A stretch of DNA of 64,000 bases from Anthoceros angustus (Eukaryota > Plantae > Anthocerotophyta): assembly GCA_010909165.1 (NCBI GenBank), contig MU008187.1:252247-316246 (forward strand), given 5' to 3'. The notes beneath the pieces are model-generated. The model worked only from the letters and a program-made list of their open reading frames with translations, did no database searches and was not told where the DNA came from. The first letter of the stretch is position 1, and every line of letters starts with the position of its first letter. Positions 1-11,133 of this stretch are shown piece after piece. The position numbers were made by a program, and so were the translations under genes.

Positions 1-439
1 GCCACTGCGGGTGAAGAGTGTACATATCTGACTGCCCTCTTCTGTGTAGATTTCAGCGAACAAACTCTCCTGTAAAAGCGAGTCTGTCGTTTTGCACTGT
101 TCCCAGTTTCACCCCAAGACATCACAACTGCTCCCATGAATAATACCTTTCATAGCTGGCCCCCGGGATGACATCACAACCTTCCACCGCAGAGTACTCC
201 ACACAGAATCCGATCCCCCGTCGCTTAAACCTCATCAGAAAATTAAAGCGCCTGCTCACCGTAACGCGCGTGTGGTTGCAAACCCCGAGGCGCCATGCGG
301 CCGGCAGGCCGCTCTCCTTTCCCGGCGACCAACTCGCCGGCAGCTGGTTCAACTTACCTTTCATAGTTCTCAATGGTAATGTCCTGCTCAACGGCTACGG
401 GTTGGGGGTCTAGGGTTTTCGCTCCGTCGACTTATCAAT

Positions 440-590
440 ACGCACGCAAGGGGTGTATGAGGGAAAGCACATAAGGGAAAGCACACAAGGGAAAGCACAT
501 AAGGGAAAGCGCATATAATACAACAAGGGAAAGTGCACATAATACAGCAAAGGGAAGCGCACACGATACGCATAGAAGGGAAAAGCACAC
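440..590. repeat. Degenerate short tandem repeat, unit approx. agggaaagcacata
   Basis: Repeated agggaaagcaca(t/c)a variants read directly. Confidence 0.8.
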
Positions 591-992
591 ACTCCCTCGT
601 CCGGGCACACTAAGGGAAACCGTTGGAAACAAAACCCAGCACTTGGGTAAGGCATTCGATTAAGCAGCAATCTTCAAACCTCTTAGGTCTACACCAAACA
701 TTGTTAGCATCTCTCAAGCATGTGGGCTCTCACCTTGTCGTGTTTCCATTTTCCTTCAGGCTCCCAAAAAGTTCGATTTGCTTACTTGACTTATCTCCCA
801 TAAAGTTCATTTTTGCTTAGTAGAGTTATCTCCTACAACCTCGTTCATCGAAAGTGGGTTCTAACCAAGCCTTTTCTAGAGCTTCCATCCCATCCAATCT
901 TAAAAGAACACCGTCTGCAAGACCTTGTGTATGCGAGAGAAGCCATGGAACCCTCTGTCCCCAGTAGGGATTGAACATTTCCATGCTACGAG

Positions 993-1184
993 TGAACAGA
1001 GTCACATCTCGTTCACCAAACTCATGTCCTCAGCAGCCAATTTAATAACACCACTCTGAACAGAGTCACATCTCGTTCACCAAACTCATGTCCTCAGCAG
1101 CCAATTTAATAACACCACTCTGAACAGAGTCACATCTCGTTCACCAAACTCATGTCCTCAGCAGCCAATTTAATAACACCACTC
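993..1184. repeat. Perfect 64-bp tandem triplication
   Basis: The unit tgaacagagtcacatctcgttcaccaaactcatgtcctcagcagccaatttaataacaccactc starts at 993, 1057 and 1121 with no spacers. Confidence 0.95.
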
Positions 1185-1289
1185 TTGTTCATGATTGTCG
1201 TGACCAGCCAAATTGTGGCATCCCACTTGTTGCAGAACTTGACGTGTTCCTTTGTTTTGTGATGGCTCATAAGACTTACTATGCCTCAT

Positions 1290-2082
1290 GACAAGCTTGT
1301 AAAGTGACATGAGCACCTTCACTTTGGTGCTTGCATGTATGCCCTTGGGTTGCTCAAGAGCATGTACAAGATGCCCAGCTGCCGTCGATATTAGAAACAG
1401 CATAAACGCATCTTTGATTATTCTTGCCTGCAAGAACATAAGCATTTTTATGTGTTGCAGTTAGGAGAGCCAAAGACATGTCTGGGATTCTTCGTAGCCT
1501 TGGCCACCGCATGCTCCACCATGCGTTCATGTTTGTTGTTCCAAACCAAGCCATGTTCCTTAGTACACTGCTGTTGATACCAAAAGTGGACATATGTGAT
1601 GTCCACTTTTGGTATCAACCACACCCAAAACTATTTTGTGAACGAAGCTCGATTATGAGATGAAGGTGGTAGGCTTCAATAGAGCTGTTGCAGTCTTGGC
1701 TTGCATGAGGCACTGTGCACATGGTTTTGAGCCGCGTATGGATGATGTGTCTCCACTGCTGTTTAAAGTACCTGATGAAAGTGAGAAAGATAGGCGTATG
1801 TTGGGCATTCAAAGCTTTAAATTTGATCCATGTCGCTTCCTCTTGAAAATATGTGATGACTCTCTTATAGGACATGATGTTACCAAGGTTTTGCATGAGG
1901 TCAGCTCTTGCATGTCCATTCTTGACTTTTTGCAGCAAGTTCCGTAACCAGGCATACCTTACATGCCATAAACATAAGCCCAACTTATTCTCACCAAATA
2001 CTAACACATTCACCATCATTACCATGGAGTTGATACGTACCACATAAACATGAGCCTCTATCTCCCACCAAAAAATACACAA
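1290..2082 (-). pseudogene. Degenerate MULE transposase with SWIM zinc finger
   Basis: LCLWHVRYAWLRNL and HASQDCNSSIEAYH match MULE transposase-domain motifs of plant SWIM-finger proteins. CTCS*ATQGHTCKH (~1310-1360) is a SWIM CxC...CxH with an internal stop. Frames are broken. Confidence 0.75.
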
Positions 2083-5000
2083 GCCTCCATATTATGTATA
2101 TCCTTCGGTGGGGAATATATAGCTCTACATCCTAACATCTTTGGGAAAAGGAAATTGGAGGATCGATTATGGCCATCAAGCCTACGTGATGTGCATATCG
2201 GAGCCAATTAAGGCCTTTCTTAATACAATGGGCAATGAAAAGAGAGCTCTATGGTATAATTATCCCAAAATAAAATCACATAAGGTGTGATTGTATGGAG
2301 TTCTTGAGTTGACAACTTCTTAGTTAGAAGAATCCTCAGAACTATATGGTAAAGCTAGGTCTCAAATATTTTGAAAAATTGCCAAGATTCATTAAGAAAA
2401 GCTAGAGTGTGACCTTAGCTCTATTTAAAGTCTCAAGCCGTTGTGGTTAAAAGTATGTGGATAGCTACACAGATCTGCCTTATTATTGTAGGCGTCGAAG
2501 AGAAGTAGAGAGCAACACTTTTTGGAGATTATTGGTGAGAGGGGCCAAATGTTGTGTTGTGAGTGTAGTGAGTTCTATGTGATTGCAGAGGTACTTGAAT
2601 TTTAATGGTGAAACTTGTGAGATTTTGGACCAATTGCTCTAGCACGCGTCACATGTCATGGGACATGTCGTAGTGGGTTTACTTGAAGACTCGGTTTTTG
2701 GATATTTGATATCAAGTATCTCAAGTAGATAAGCAAGTGAAGTAAAAATCGTTGAAGTAGAATAAACAACACCAAGCACAAACATAAATTTGAACCTAGA
2801 ATGTCAGGGACTTTGGAACTGTTGTTAACACCTAGTGTATGGCGAAACGAGAGAGGAGATAATTGGATTAAGTATGATGAAGCAACTGCCGCTTCCATTT
2901 TACGTACAGTGAAAGAATTGGAGACATGCACCAAAGTTTCATCTTAAATTGGATTGAAACGAAAGGGTGACATGCTGACTTGTAAGGTATTAAGTTCAAG
3001 CGATTTTGCCGTAAATCTTCGACCCATAGAGGAAATACACATGGACATACAAACACGAAGAAAAATTAAGATAGTTGAGTGTATTTGACTCCACTTTTTG
3101 CATAGTCACTTTTTTTATGGCTTTCGTTTGCTCTTTATTATTATATTTTTGCGTTATCGCCTGCTTTGTATTTGCATAGGTCCTAGGTCCTCGAGAGCAA
3201 CATTTTAAAGGAGAACATCAACACTTTACGTGAACCTGAGCAAGAGGAAAATATTCCAACTCTCCTTATTAAAGAACCCAACGGTGAGATGGTAGAACAT
3301 GACAAAGAAGCTGTTTGTGCCTTTTTCAAATTAGTGAATGACGCTTGCAGAGGGAGAGGGAGAGGGAAAGAGCAAGAGAAAGGAAACATGAAAGAACGAG
3401 AAATGCAGAGGGATTGTCGGCTCATAAGAAATTGAGCGTGGGTGCAGCACTACTATACGACATCATCATGGAGTAAAACTTTCTCACATATTTTTTAACA
3501 ATAAGTCTTATTAATAAAACACTAGATTAATATATCAACATGGTATTATCTTAGTAAAAATCAGATACTCTTTTTATGATATGAGCCTTGACAAATGTCC
3601 CGTGTCTTTTATTTTTTATGATGATAGGCTTGTGGCGACTCCATTTACAATTTTTTTGTTAAAAAAACTCAGGTTATATTTAAAAAAATAAGATAATAAG
3701 TTTTTAGGTTAGTGCAGCCCTAACAGATTGTAGTTACATCTTTTAGGGTTGCATAAGTGGCACTGATTTAAGATCATCTTCCAAAAACAAATCATTCCTA
3801 ACAAACCTATAACTTGCATTCTTCCCTCATTTTTTCATGCACTTCGTCCTATTCCTAGTGATCAAGTGATAGAGATTGTTTAGGCACTTGACACAAAAGC
3901 TTGTGCTGCACCCACCTTTCTCTTTTCTTATATCAGAGCTGCAACCTGGTATGCAAATGTGACTGGAGGACCAGGCATGAGTCTTCCGTAATAGAATTCA
4001 CCAAGTGACATAATAGGAAAAGTGAAGTAACCGTGTCACAACAAACTTCAAAGACAATCGCGTTTGTAGAAAGATGGCCGCGTTTTCCACTTAGACTCGG
4101 TCGTCTACCATCGGGTCCTACTTAGGTCTCATAATGTTTGGAGTGGTGAAAGAAGCTGCCATTAGAAGAGGCCCGTGCTCATAATGGTAGACTGTGTGTG
4201 TCGAGACTCGGAAGATGAGCACGGTGGACGGACAGTAAACTTGAGCTGGTTGCAGCGAACCGGAGAGTTGGTGGCCGGGAAAGGAGAGCGGCCTGCCGGC
4301 TGCACGGCGCCTCCGGGTTTGCAGCCACACGCGCGGTACGGGGGGCAGGCGCTCTAATTTCCTGATGGAGGTTTAGGCGCGGGATCCGGTCCGATGCAAG
4401 TCAGATGCCATGCTTCAAGGCTCTCGAAGTCTTCCAAGAGAGAATGTACATATTGTATGTAGTATATTTGATGTGCAAGGTGGGGCCGATTGCCGACTTG
4501 AAAAGCCTTTCAGACTCCTGTGATTAAAGATGTCTGCACAAGTACGCCATGACAACTGCCAACACGCCAAGAGGCCAAGAGCTGCAGGCCTGCCCACCTA
4601 CACACAGGACCAGGTGGAGGACATCAAAAGTTAGCAGGCATGTCGAGAAATGCATGCCAGGGCCAGGCCAAATCATACCACAAAGGGTGGTAAGCCAGGC
4701 CTGAAGAAGGGGCAGGCAGGATTTTAGAGGTGCAGGACACGCAGGGCATGGAAAATTGAAATTCGGTCCGTATGTAGCGAGATCTCTCCCACGGGCAGGT
4801 ACCATACTTGTGAGGCCCCCATGACAGAGGCATGTGCGCCTCTTAGCTTCTCCAATCGCGAGTCCCGAAAGCGCCATGTACGGGAGATGCTCAGCTGCAA
4901 AAAAGCAAGCGAGGTATCTTCTCGTTTTTGTCCGCCATTCTCTCTCTGGATAAGCGCTTGCCCCCACTCCTAAAAACGCTCGCTGCAATTCGCTAACGAG

Positions 5001-5083
5001 GAAACGATCGCTGCAAATGCGTGGTCCTGCCCCTTCCCGCTTATCCACTCGCTCCGTCTCTAACTCACACGCGCAGCCCGGGC

Positions 5084-5090
5084 TATAAAA
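5084..5090 (+). promoter_or_regulatory. Candidate TATA box (TATAAAA) upstream of the hairpin transcript
   Basis: ggcTATAAAAgcg in GC-rich context, ~190 bp upstream of the hairpin, with no + strand protein gene following. Confidence 0.5.
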
Positions 5091-5274
5091 GCGCTAGCTT
5101 ACTTGGTCGATTTTCGGGCAAGTAAGGAGTGCAGCCTTCTCGAGACGTGCGTTGCGTGCCCTCCTTGCGTCGCCTGGCGTCGCGTTCCGTTGCGTTGCGT
5201 CCCGTGCATTGTGCTGCGTTGCGTTGCGAGCTTGCGGTGCGTCGCGTCGCGTCGTGTCGATTGGGAGATTTCTT

Positions 5275-5397
5275 GCTGAGGGAGGAGAGCAGCCTTCTAT
5301 CTCTGAAATCCTCTGGAAGTTGCGGAGTCGAGTTTCCTTCTCCCTCTCCCACTGCCTGAAGATTTCAGAGAAAGAAGGCTACCTTCCTCCGCTTGGC
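5275..5397 (+). ncRNA. Candidate pre-miRNA hairpin
   Basis: 5281-5320 pairs with 5351-5390 without bulges, with only symmetric mismatches and one G-U. Core: agccttctatctctgaaatcctc versus gaagatttcagagaaagaaggct. Loop region ~30 nt. Not matched to a miRNA family I recognise. Confidence 0.6.
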
Positions 5398-5822
5398 CCG
5401 CGGAGATGGCGACGTCGCTCTCTTGTGCTGTACACAACCTCCGTTTGTTTCTTGGAATACGCGCAGTACGTATGCTCGCCTGAGGTTGCCCGCCTTCGTT
5501 TGCCTGTACACGTCGTTTTTGGCGCAAGATTTCACGACCTAGTGCTCGTTGATTTGCCGCTGTGTTTCATAGATCTGTTCGCTGTCCTGTCTCGCATGAT
5601 GCATCTGCAGCTCGAGCAAGTCCCTTTGTTGCGTTGTGTGTTCATCACCGCTTTTTTCCTGCTCGGGCTCTCTTGTTCGTGTGTTCGTGTTAGCCGCAGG
5701 TAGTAGCGTGAAGCGTTTTCGTTTTTCTCCAAACTTGCATCTTAGCTAAGAATCTTGTTGGAAGAGAATCCTACCTGAACTGAATCAGAACAGCAGGTAT
5801 CTGCGTTTTGTTCTATTGATTT

Positions 5823-6946
5823 CTACACACGCTTGAATTCGTGCCATAGTTCGTAGTGGTTGAAGAGTAGGCTGTCGTGAGTCTGCATACCAACGTACGT
5901 GAGTCCAACTTGAGCCAGTCTAGGTTCGCATCCGGAGTCCCGGAGCCTTGTGCAAAACTTGATGTTGTGCGACACGAAGAGACGGCCATGGCCGGGGGCC
6001 AGGTTAGGTCCCAGGCGTTCTAGTCCCTTCCACACGAGTTTGTCAGGCATGTGCAGGAACGCTGCGCTGGCGTAGATGAGGTCGAAAGGAAGAAGCGATC
6101 CATCCTTGCCGCCGAGAACTCCGATGTCCAGATCCTCGCTGCGGACAATGACGGGCCGCTTGTGAAGGAGCCCCTGCGCCGGCAGCTCGTACAAGAGCGA
6201 CGCCAAGAGCGACGGGGGATCACGCTCTAAGCAATGGTAGCGGCGCGGAAGCAGATGGCGGATGAAGTGAAGCCCCGCTCTCAGAGTGCCGCATCCCACC
6301 TCTAGCACCCGGTACTGCGGCTTCAACCTGGAAGCGTTAGCAAGAAACTCGAAGACGTCCCGGCCCCCTGCCCACGGCTCTCCGTAATAGCTGTGATGTT
6401 CCTCTACTAGCAGCTCGCTAGGGCATATCAAGGCTGTTCTGTTCTCACCACCTTCCAGGTGAGAGATGCCTTTATACCTGCTGGGCGGAGTGGAGATTAA
6501 AACGTGAAAGACGCAGCTAGCAAACAGTGCATTGGCTAAGAATAAGGATTATATGTCGCTACTTGCCAAGTTTTTTAATGCTGAGGGTGTCACCTTTGCA
6601 AATCTGCCATCTGCTGCAGCCGGGTGCGGGGGTTGATCCCCTTCCGAAGCTGGTGCCACGCATCTGCTGTTGTCGGTGTTTCCCCCAAGTCCAGCCGTCT
6701 AAGCTGCCTCTTTACCCATCGCAAATCGCCCTCTGTTGCACCAACTGGCTCCTCTTGTGCAGCTACTGAGCTCTCTTGCTGAGGCGGATTGATTTCTTTC
6801 GCGGCACCTTGACAGTTGCACAGCGGAGCAGGCGAGGGTTGTCTGCTGCGCATCGAAGGAACTGCAATGAGTAACAACACTGGCAACAAGCAGGCAAGTG
6901 CTAGTAGCAGAACCGCCAGCGGGCGTGTTCCAATTGCTGGCTGCAT
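5823..6946 (-). CDS. SAM-dependent methyltransferase with N-terminal membrane anchor (2 exons: 6946-6594, 6477-5823)
   Basis: Motif I VLEVGCGTLRAG and the plant-conserved LLVEEHHSYYGEPWAGGRDVFEFLA. The GT-AG intron joins the exons in frame. Hydrophobic N-terminus. Confidence 0.9.
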
Positions 6947-7240
6947 CTCTCAAGCCTGCCCTCTCAGCTAGTGACCTGCGCGGCCTACCATTTCCTTCCC
7001 CGCCGCTGTGCAGCTTCTACCTAGGCAGCCCAGACCCAAGCTTTGCTCATACCCTGAACATTCGGCTCACAGGCATGACACCAGGGAAAGGCACAAGGAA
7101 GGAACGGCAGATGCGAGGGTGCGAGAGCTGGACAAGGTGGCCTCCAAGGGTTTAAGTCATCCATACCATTGCTAGGGTTTTTGTCCGGTCCTTGCTACTG
7201 TCCTGACGAGCATCGCTGGTGGGCAGACTCATCTCCAGGC

Positions 7241-10200
7241 ATGAGTTTCGGCTGCGTGGCCTCGTCTAGGCAGCATTTGAGCTTGCAGACCTCGTTTTTT
7301 GGCTTGTCTCCGTGTGTTGGTGGGTCACATGGCTCGCCGGATCTTAGCACCGTAACCCTGTGCCGCACGGTTAGGAGTACAGTGAAGTGTGAGAGCACTT
7401 CTGTGGACAAGGCCCGGGAAGCGGCGGACTCTGGAGGAGCCAAAAGGATTCGGAAGAGTACCGAGACATCTAGGAATAGAATTGACAAATGGGGGACAGT
7501 GGGTCCGTCTGACCAACTCGAGGCATCAGGATCGGCTGCATCTGGTGGTGGTGTCGCCGAGGGAGCAGACAGAAGTACCAGAAGCAGTAGCGAGGGAGCA
7601 GCAGGCATAAATACCAGATTTTATGCAGACAGGGCACCACAGCCCTGGACGAGGGACTCTGCTGGGAAGGGCAGGGTGGATGACCTGAAGAGAGATGATG
7701 ATAAGTTGGAAGAGAAATTGGATGGAGATTCCTTGTCGAAACCCAGCAGGGGTGAAGTCTTCCTCAGAAATGCTATGGAGAGGCAAAGGTTACAGGCGCA
7801 GCGAAGCACAACACCGGCGTTTCCTTACGTACAGGGGCCCAAGCAGGATAGCAGGAAAAGGGACAAAACGAAAATTTTGAAGGCTTCAGAGGCGTCTTGC
7901 TATGGGTGTGGAGCAGGTCTTCAATGTTTAGATCCTGAGACCCCGGGATATGTAGCCCCTGAAGTCTTCGAAGTGGTAAGCTCTGTGGAAATAGCCCTGC
8001 ATGTCCTCATCATGATGCTGATGAAGTGCACTTTCCGGGGATTTTCGGGTTTAACAGTATGTCTGCTTTTGTCTGCAGAAGCAGAGGCACCATCAGCTGA
8101 AGGATGTCCTCTGTGGCAGGTGCCGTTTGTTGTCGCAGGGGCAGATGATACCTGCAGTCGGAGGGCATGGTGGCTATGGAAAGGGTAAAGGATTCGTCTC
8201 TGCAGAAGAACTTCGATCACAGTTGACCCATCTTCGGAACAGCAAAGCTCTCATAGTGAAGCTGGTAGAGATCTTTCCACTTCTGCGAGGTTTGTGTTGC
8301 TGTGCACATGCTGCCGATGGTTGATTCTTACTGAATGGGAGCGTGTTGCAGGTAGACATCGTCGACTTTAATGGGAGCCTGCTAACTCGAGTTCGTGATC
8401 TTGTAGGGGCTAATCCAATCATTCTGGTTGCCACAAAGGTAATCGGTCGTGTTTTTCATGATCTCCTGAGGGTTGGGTACTTTTTCTGAACAGATAGAGC
8501 AGAGTCCTCTTACGATGCCCTGAATTTGCGTCATCAGGTCGATCTCCTTCCAAAAGGCACAGACCTGGGCGTTGTTGGGGACTGGATAGTGGAGTCGGTT
8601 CTTCGGAAGAAACTTAAGTAAGGGACATGTCAAGTTGCTTCCTCTCTTGGTTTGGCTATAAGCACACCGAGGAACATTTAGTCGTCCTTGACCTTGCTGT
8701 TGTTACATTGATTCCAGCGTTGTAAGTGTTCACTTGACAAGTTCCAAGTCTTCCACTGGCATATCTGGAGTTGCAGCTAACATCCAACGGCAAAGGCAGG
8801 TTGAGAAAACTGATCGCACTGTGTTTTGAAGTTGACTTGTGGTATTCATGAGGTTTCCTGCTTCTGGGTGTTGGGTAAATTGTACATTACATTTGAGCAG
8901 TTTTTTTCGTGTTGATGTGCACAGGGACGTGATGTGTATGTTCTGGTAAAGGATCATTCCTACTCTTGACACTCTTCTCAGGCTTGCAGCAGCTAACTGC
9001 AAACATTTGGTGCCTTTTGAGGGGCTTCTAATTGGTTCCCAACAACGGCGTTTTCTATCTTAGGGTTCAGCAAATGTTGGAAAGTCAGCTTTCATCAGTG
9101 CTCTACTTAGTAAGCCCACAATCCAGGTCCTCCTTCAAGATGGTTGTGTTAAGTTGCTTATCCGTTAGATTTTCCAGCTTACTGATGATAATGATGAGGC
9201 AATCGCCATCTGTACGGCAGAGGAAATGGGCTCACGAGATCCAGCAGCTTTAGCAGCAATGCGGAGGAAGCCAATCCAATCTGCCATGCCTGGCACCACT
9301 CTTGGTCCAATTGAAATCAAGGCTTTCTCTGGTGGAGGGGTAAATTTCCCTGTGACTTTTCCAAGTTCTCACCCCCAGAGTGATATGCATCTGTTGCATG
9401 TCAGCTGTTTGAGCTGATCTGGGAGGATCTTGTTTCTGCAGAGCTTGCATGACACTCCTGGAGTACATCTGCATCATCGTATGACAGTTGCAGTTCATCC
9501 AGATGATCTTCCTCACATTGCTCCTCGCCGCCGGCTGCGGGGGAGTGCTGTCCTTGCTCCATCCCTCGCGCCGAGGGAAAAATCTGCTGACTCCGACCAA
9601 GAGACAGAAGCTGACAGTTCAGATGCTGACACTCAGTTCCAGAAACAAGAGGTGCAGTTTGATGGTGCAGGAACCTTAACAGGAACAACCCTTTTCTGGG
9701 GAGGTCTTGCGAGGATAGATGTGCTGCAGGTCAGTCTTGACTCCGCATTACTTCCTGCTTCTCGATACTTGTCGTTGCATGTAGCTCTCGCAGCAAACTG
9801 ACAAACGGTATGGAGGATAACAGGCGCCTGCAGGAGCAAGGTTGCGATTCTATGGACCGACAGGCCTTCGGGTCATTATGGTCCCCACTGCAGAAGCGGA
9901 CGACTTCTATGACGTGAGTTCCTCCTGGCCTCTAGGTGTGCACTGACCAGGCAGGCTCTAAGTGGCAAGTAATCCTTTTCTAACGGGTCAAGACTTATGT
10001 GCAGGAAGAAGTTGGCAAGATCTTGTGCCCTCCAACTGGGGAAGACAAATTATCTTCATGGGCAGGACTGCAGAACCAACACAGTGTTTCGTTAACACTT
10101 GAGAGCGGCTTGAGGTCAGTGGCTCATAACTCTAGTCACACATCACATTGTGTGCAAGAACTGAAATCCTAACTCCCACTCTCACTCCCTTGATTGGCTA

Positions 10201-10459
10201 CAGGCCTGCAGGAGACGTGGCCATATCCGGGCTGGGATGGATCACGGTGGAGTATCCAAACACCGAGGCCTTCACAGCCGTGACTCAGGAGGACAGGCTT
10301 CGGCTGCAAGGGACCGTAGACATGGTGGTTCATGTTCCCAAAGCAGTGGAGATCTACTCCAGACCACCCATGCCTGTAGGTGTCCACGGCCCCCTGTGGT
10401 ACAAGTACGCGGATGTCTCAGACGACGAGCTAGAGTCCAGACCCAGATTCTTCTACTGA
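7241..10459 (+). CDS. NOA1: NOA1/RIF1 (YqeH-type circularly permuted GTPase), ~12 exons, probable organellar transit peptide
   Basis: Zn-finger CYGCG...LCGRC, VDIVDFNGS, ATKVDLLPK (G4), GSANVGKS (G1), AMPGTTLG (G2) and HDTPGVH (G3), joined across GT-AG introns (e.g. exon 1 ends 7975, exon 2 8079-8264, exon 3 8352-8438). Confidence 0.95.
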
Positions 10460-10496
10460 CAAGGGGCACAGACAGCCCCATAAGAACTTCCCTGTC

Positions 10497-11036
10497 TCAC
10501 TTTGCTAAATTCTGCTTCCGTTCGAATTGACGTCGCAGCTGCAATGCTCTTTCATACAGTTGCAGATCCAAACCGTCCACGTTTCGTGCCACCCTGGCCT
10601 GCAACACCATCTGCGGAAGCGAGCCTGAGTAACGGCCTGTGCAGGGTACGATGCAAGCCATCGGAGAGGGGAGGAGGGAGGCCAGAAGTACCACGGGATT
10701 GGGGGAACCCGGCCGAAACTGTAGCTCTCCGATGAACTGAAACAGAGAGTTGATCCGCAGAGGAATGTCGCGGAGATGTTGGGTGTCCACCCGCAAGGAA
10801 GACTCGCCCTCGGTTATCACGACCAGCCCGGTCACGGCATCATAGCTTTGCAACCTGGCATGCAGGAAAAATGTGCTAAACGATTGCATCCGGCAGAAGG
10901 AGATTTCATTCAGTGGGCTTTACCTGCCAGTCACCCGCAGAGAAGCGTCCGGTGTACAGTAGCGGGAGGAAGGATGGAGCTCCCGGAGCAGGACCAGCGT
11001 GCCGGGCTTTAGCGACGAGGAGGCTGCCGCCGCCAT
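10497..11036 (-). CDS. TEN1: CST complex subunit TEN1 (exons 11036-10924, 10854-10692, 10610-10497)
   Basis: LRELHPSSRY...SLRVTGRLQSY...SLRVDTQHLRD...SLFQFIGEL...LQARVARNVDGLDLQLY matches plant TEN1 as recalled. Canonical splice sites. Confidence 0.9.
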
Positions 11037-11133
11037 AACTGGAGGAGTTGGAGCTTTTCTGTTTTCTGCCCTTAGCGTCTGTAATTAGGGCGTGGTTTAT
11101 CACGAGGCTGGGGCGTGTTGGTGAGAAGTGAGG

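Larger units (their letters stand above)
209..4390 (-). mobile_element. Mutator-like (MULE) DNA transposon relic bounded by ~130-bp terminal inverted repeats
   Basis: 209-340 (ccgatccc...cgcgcgtgtggttgcaaaccccgaggcgccatgcggccggcaggccgctctcctttcccggcgaccaactc) is an imperfect reverse complement of ~4260-4390. MULE/SWIM transposase remnants lie between them. No clear 9-bp TSD was found. Confidence 0.65.

Noticed and set aside
993-1184. CRISPR-like array
   Set aside because: The units are contiguous with no unique spacers, the context is eukaryotic and there are no cas genes.
7241-10459. Assignment as BPG2 (the other plant YqeH-like GTPase)
   Set aside because: HHQL..VLCGRC..LS.G.MI.AVGG.GGY and KALIVKLVDIVDFNGS match NOA1 as recalled.
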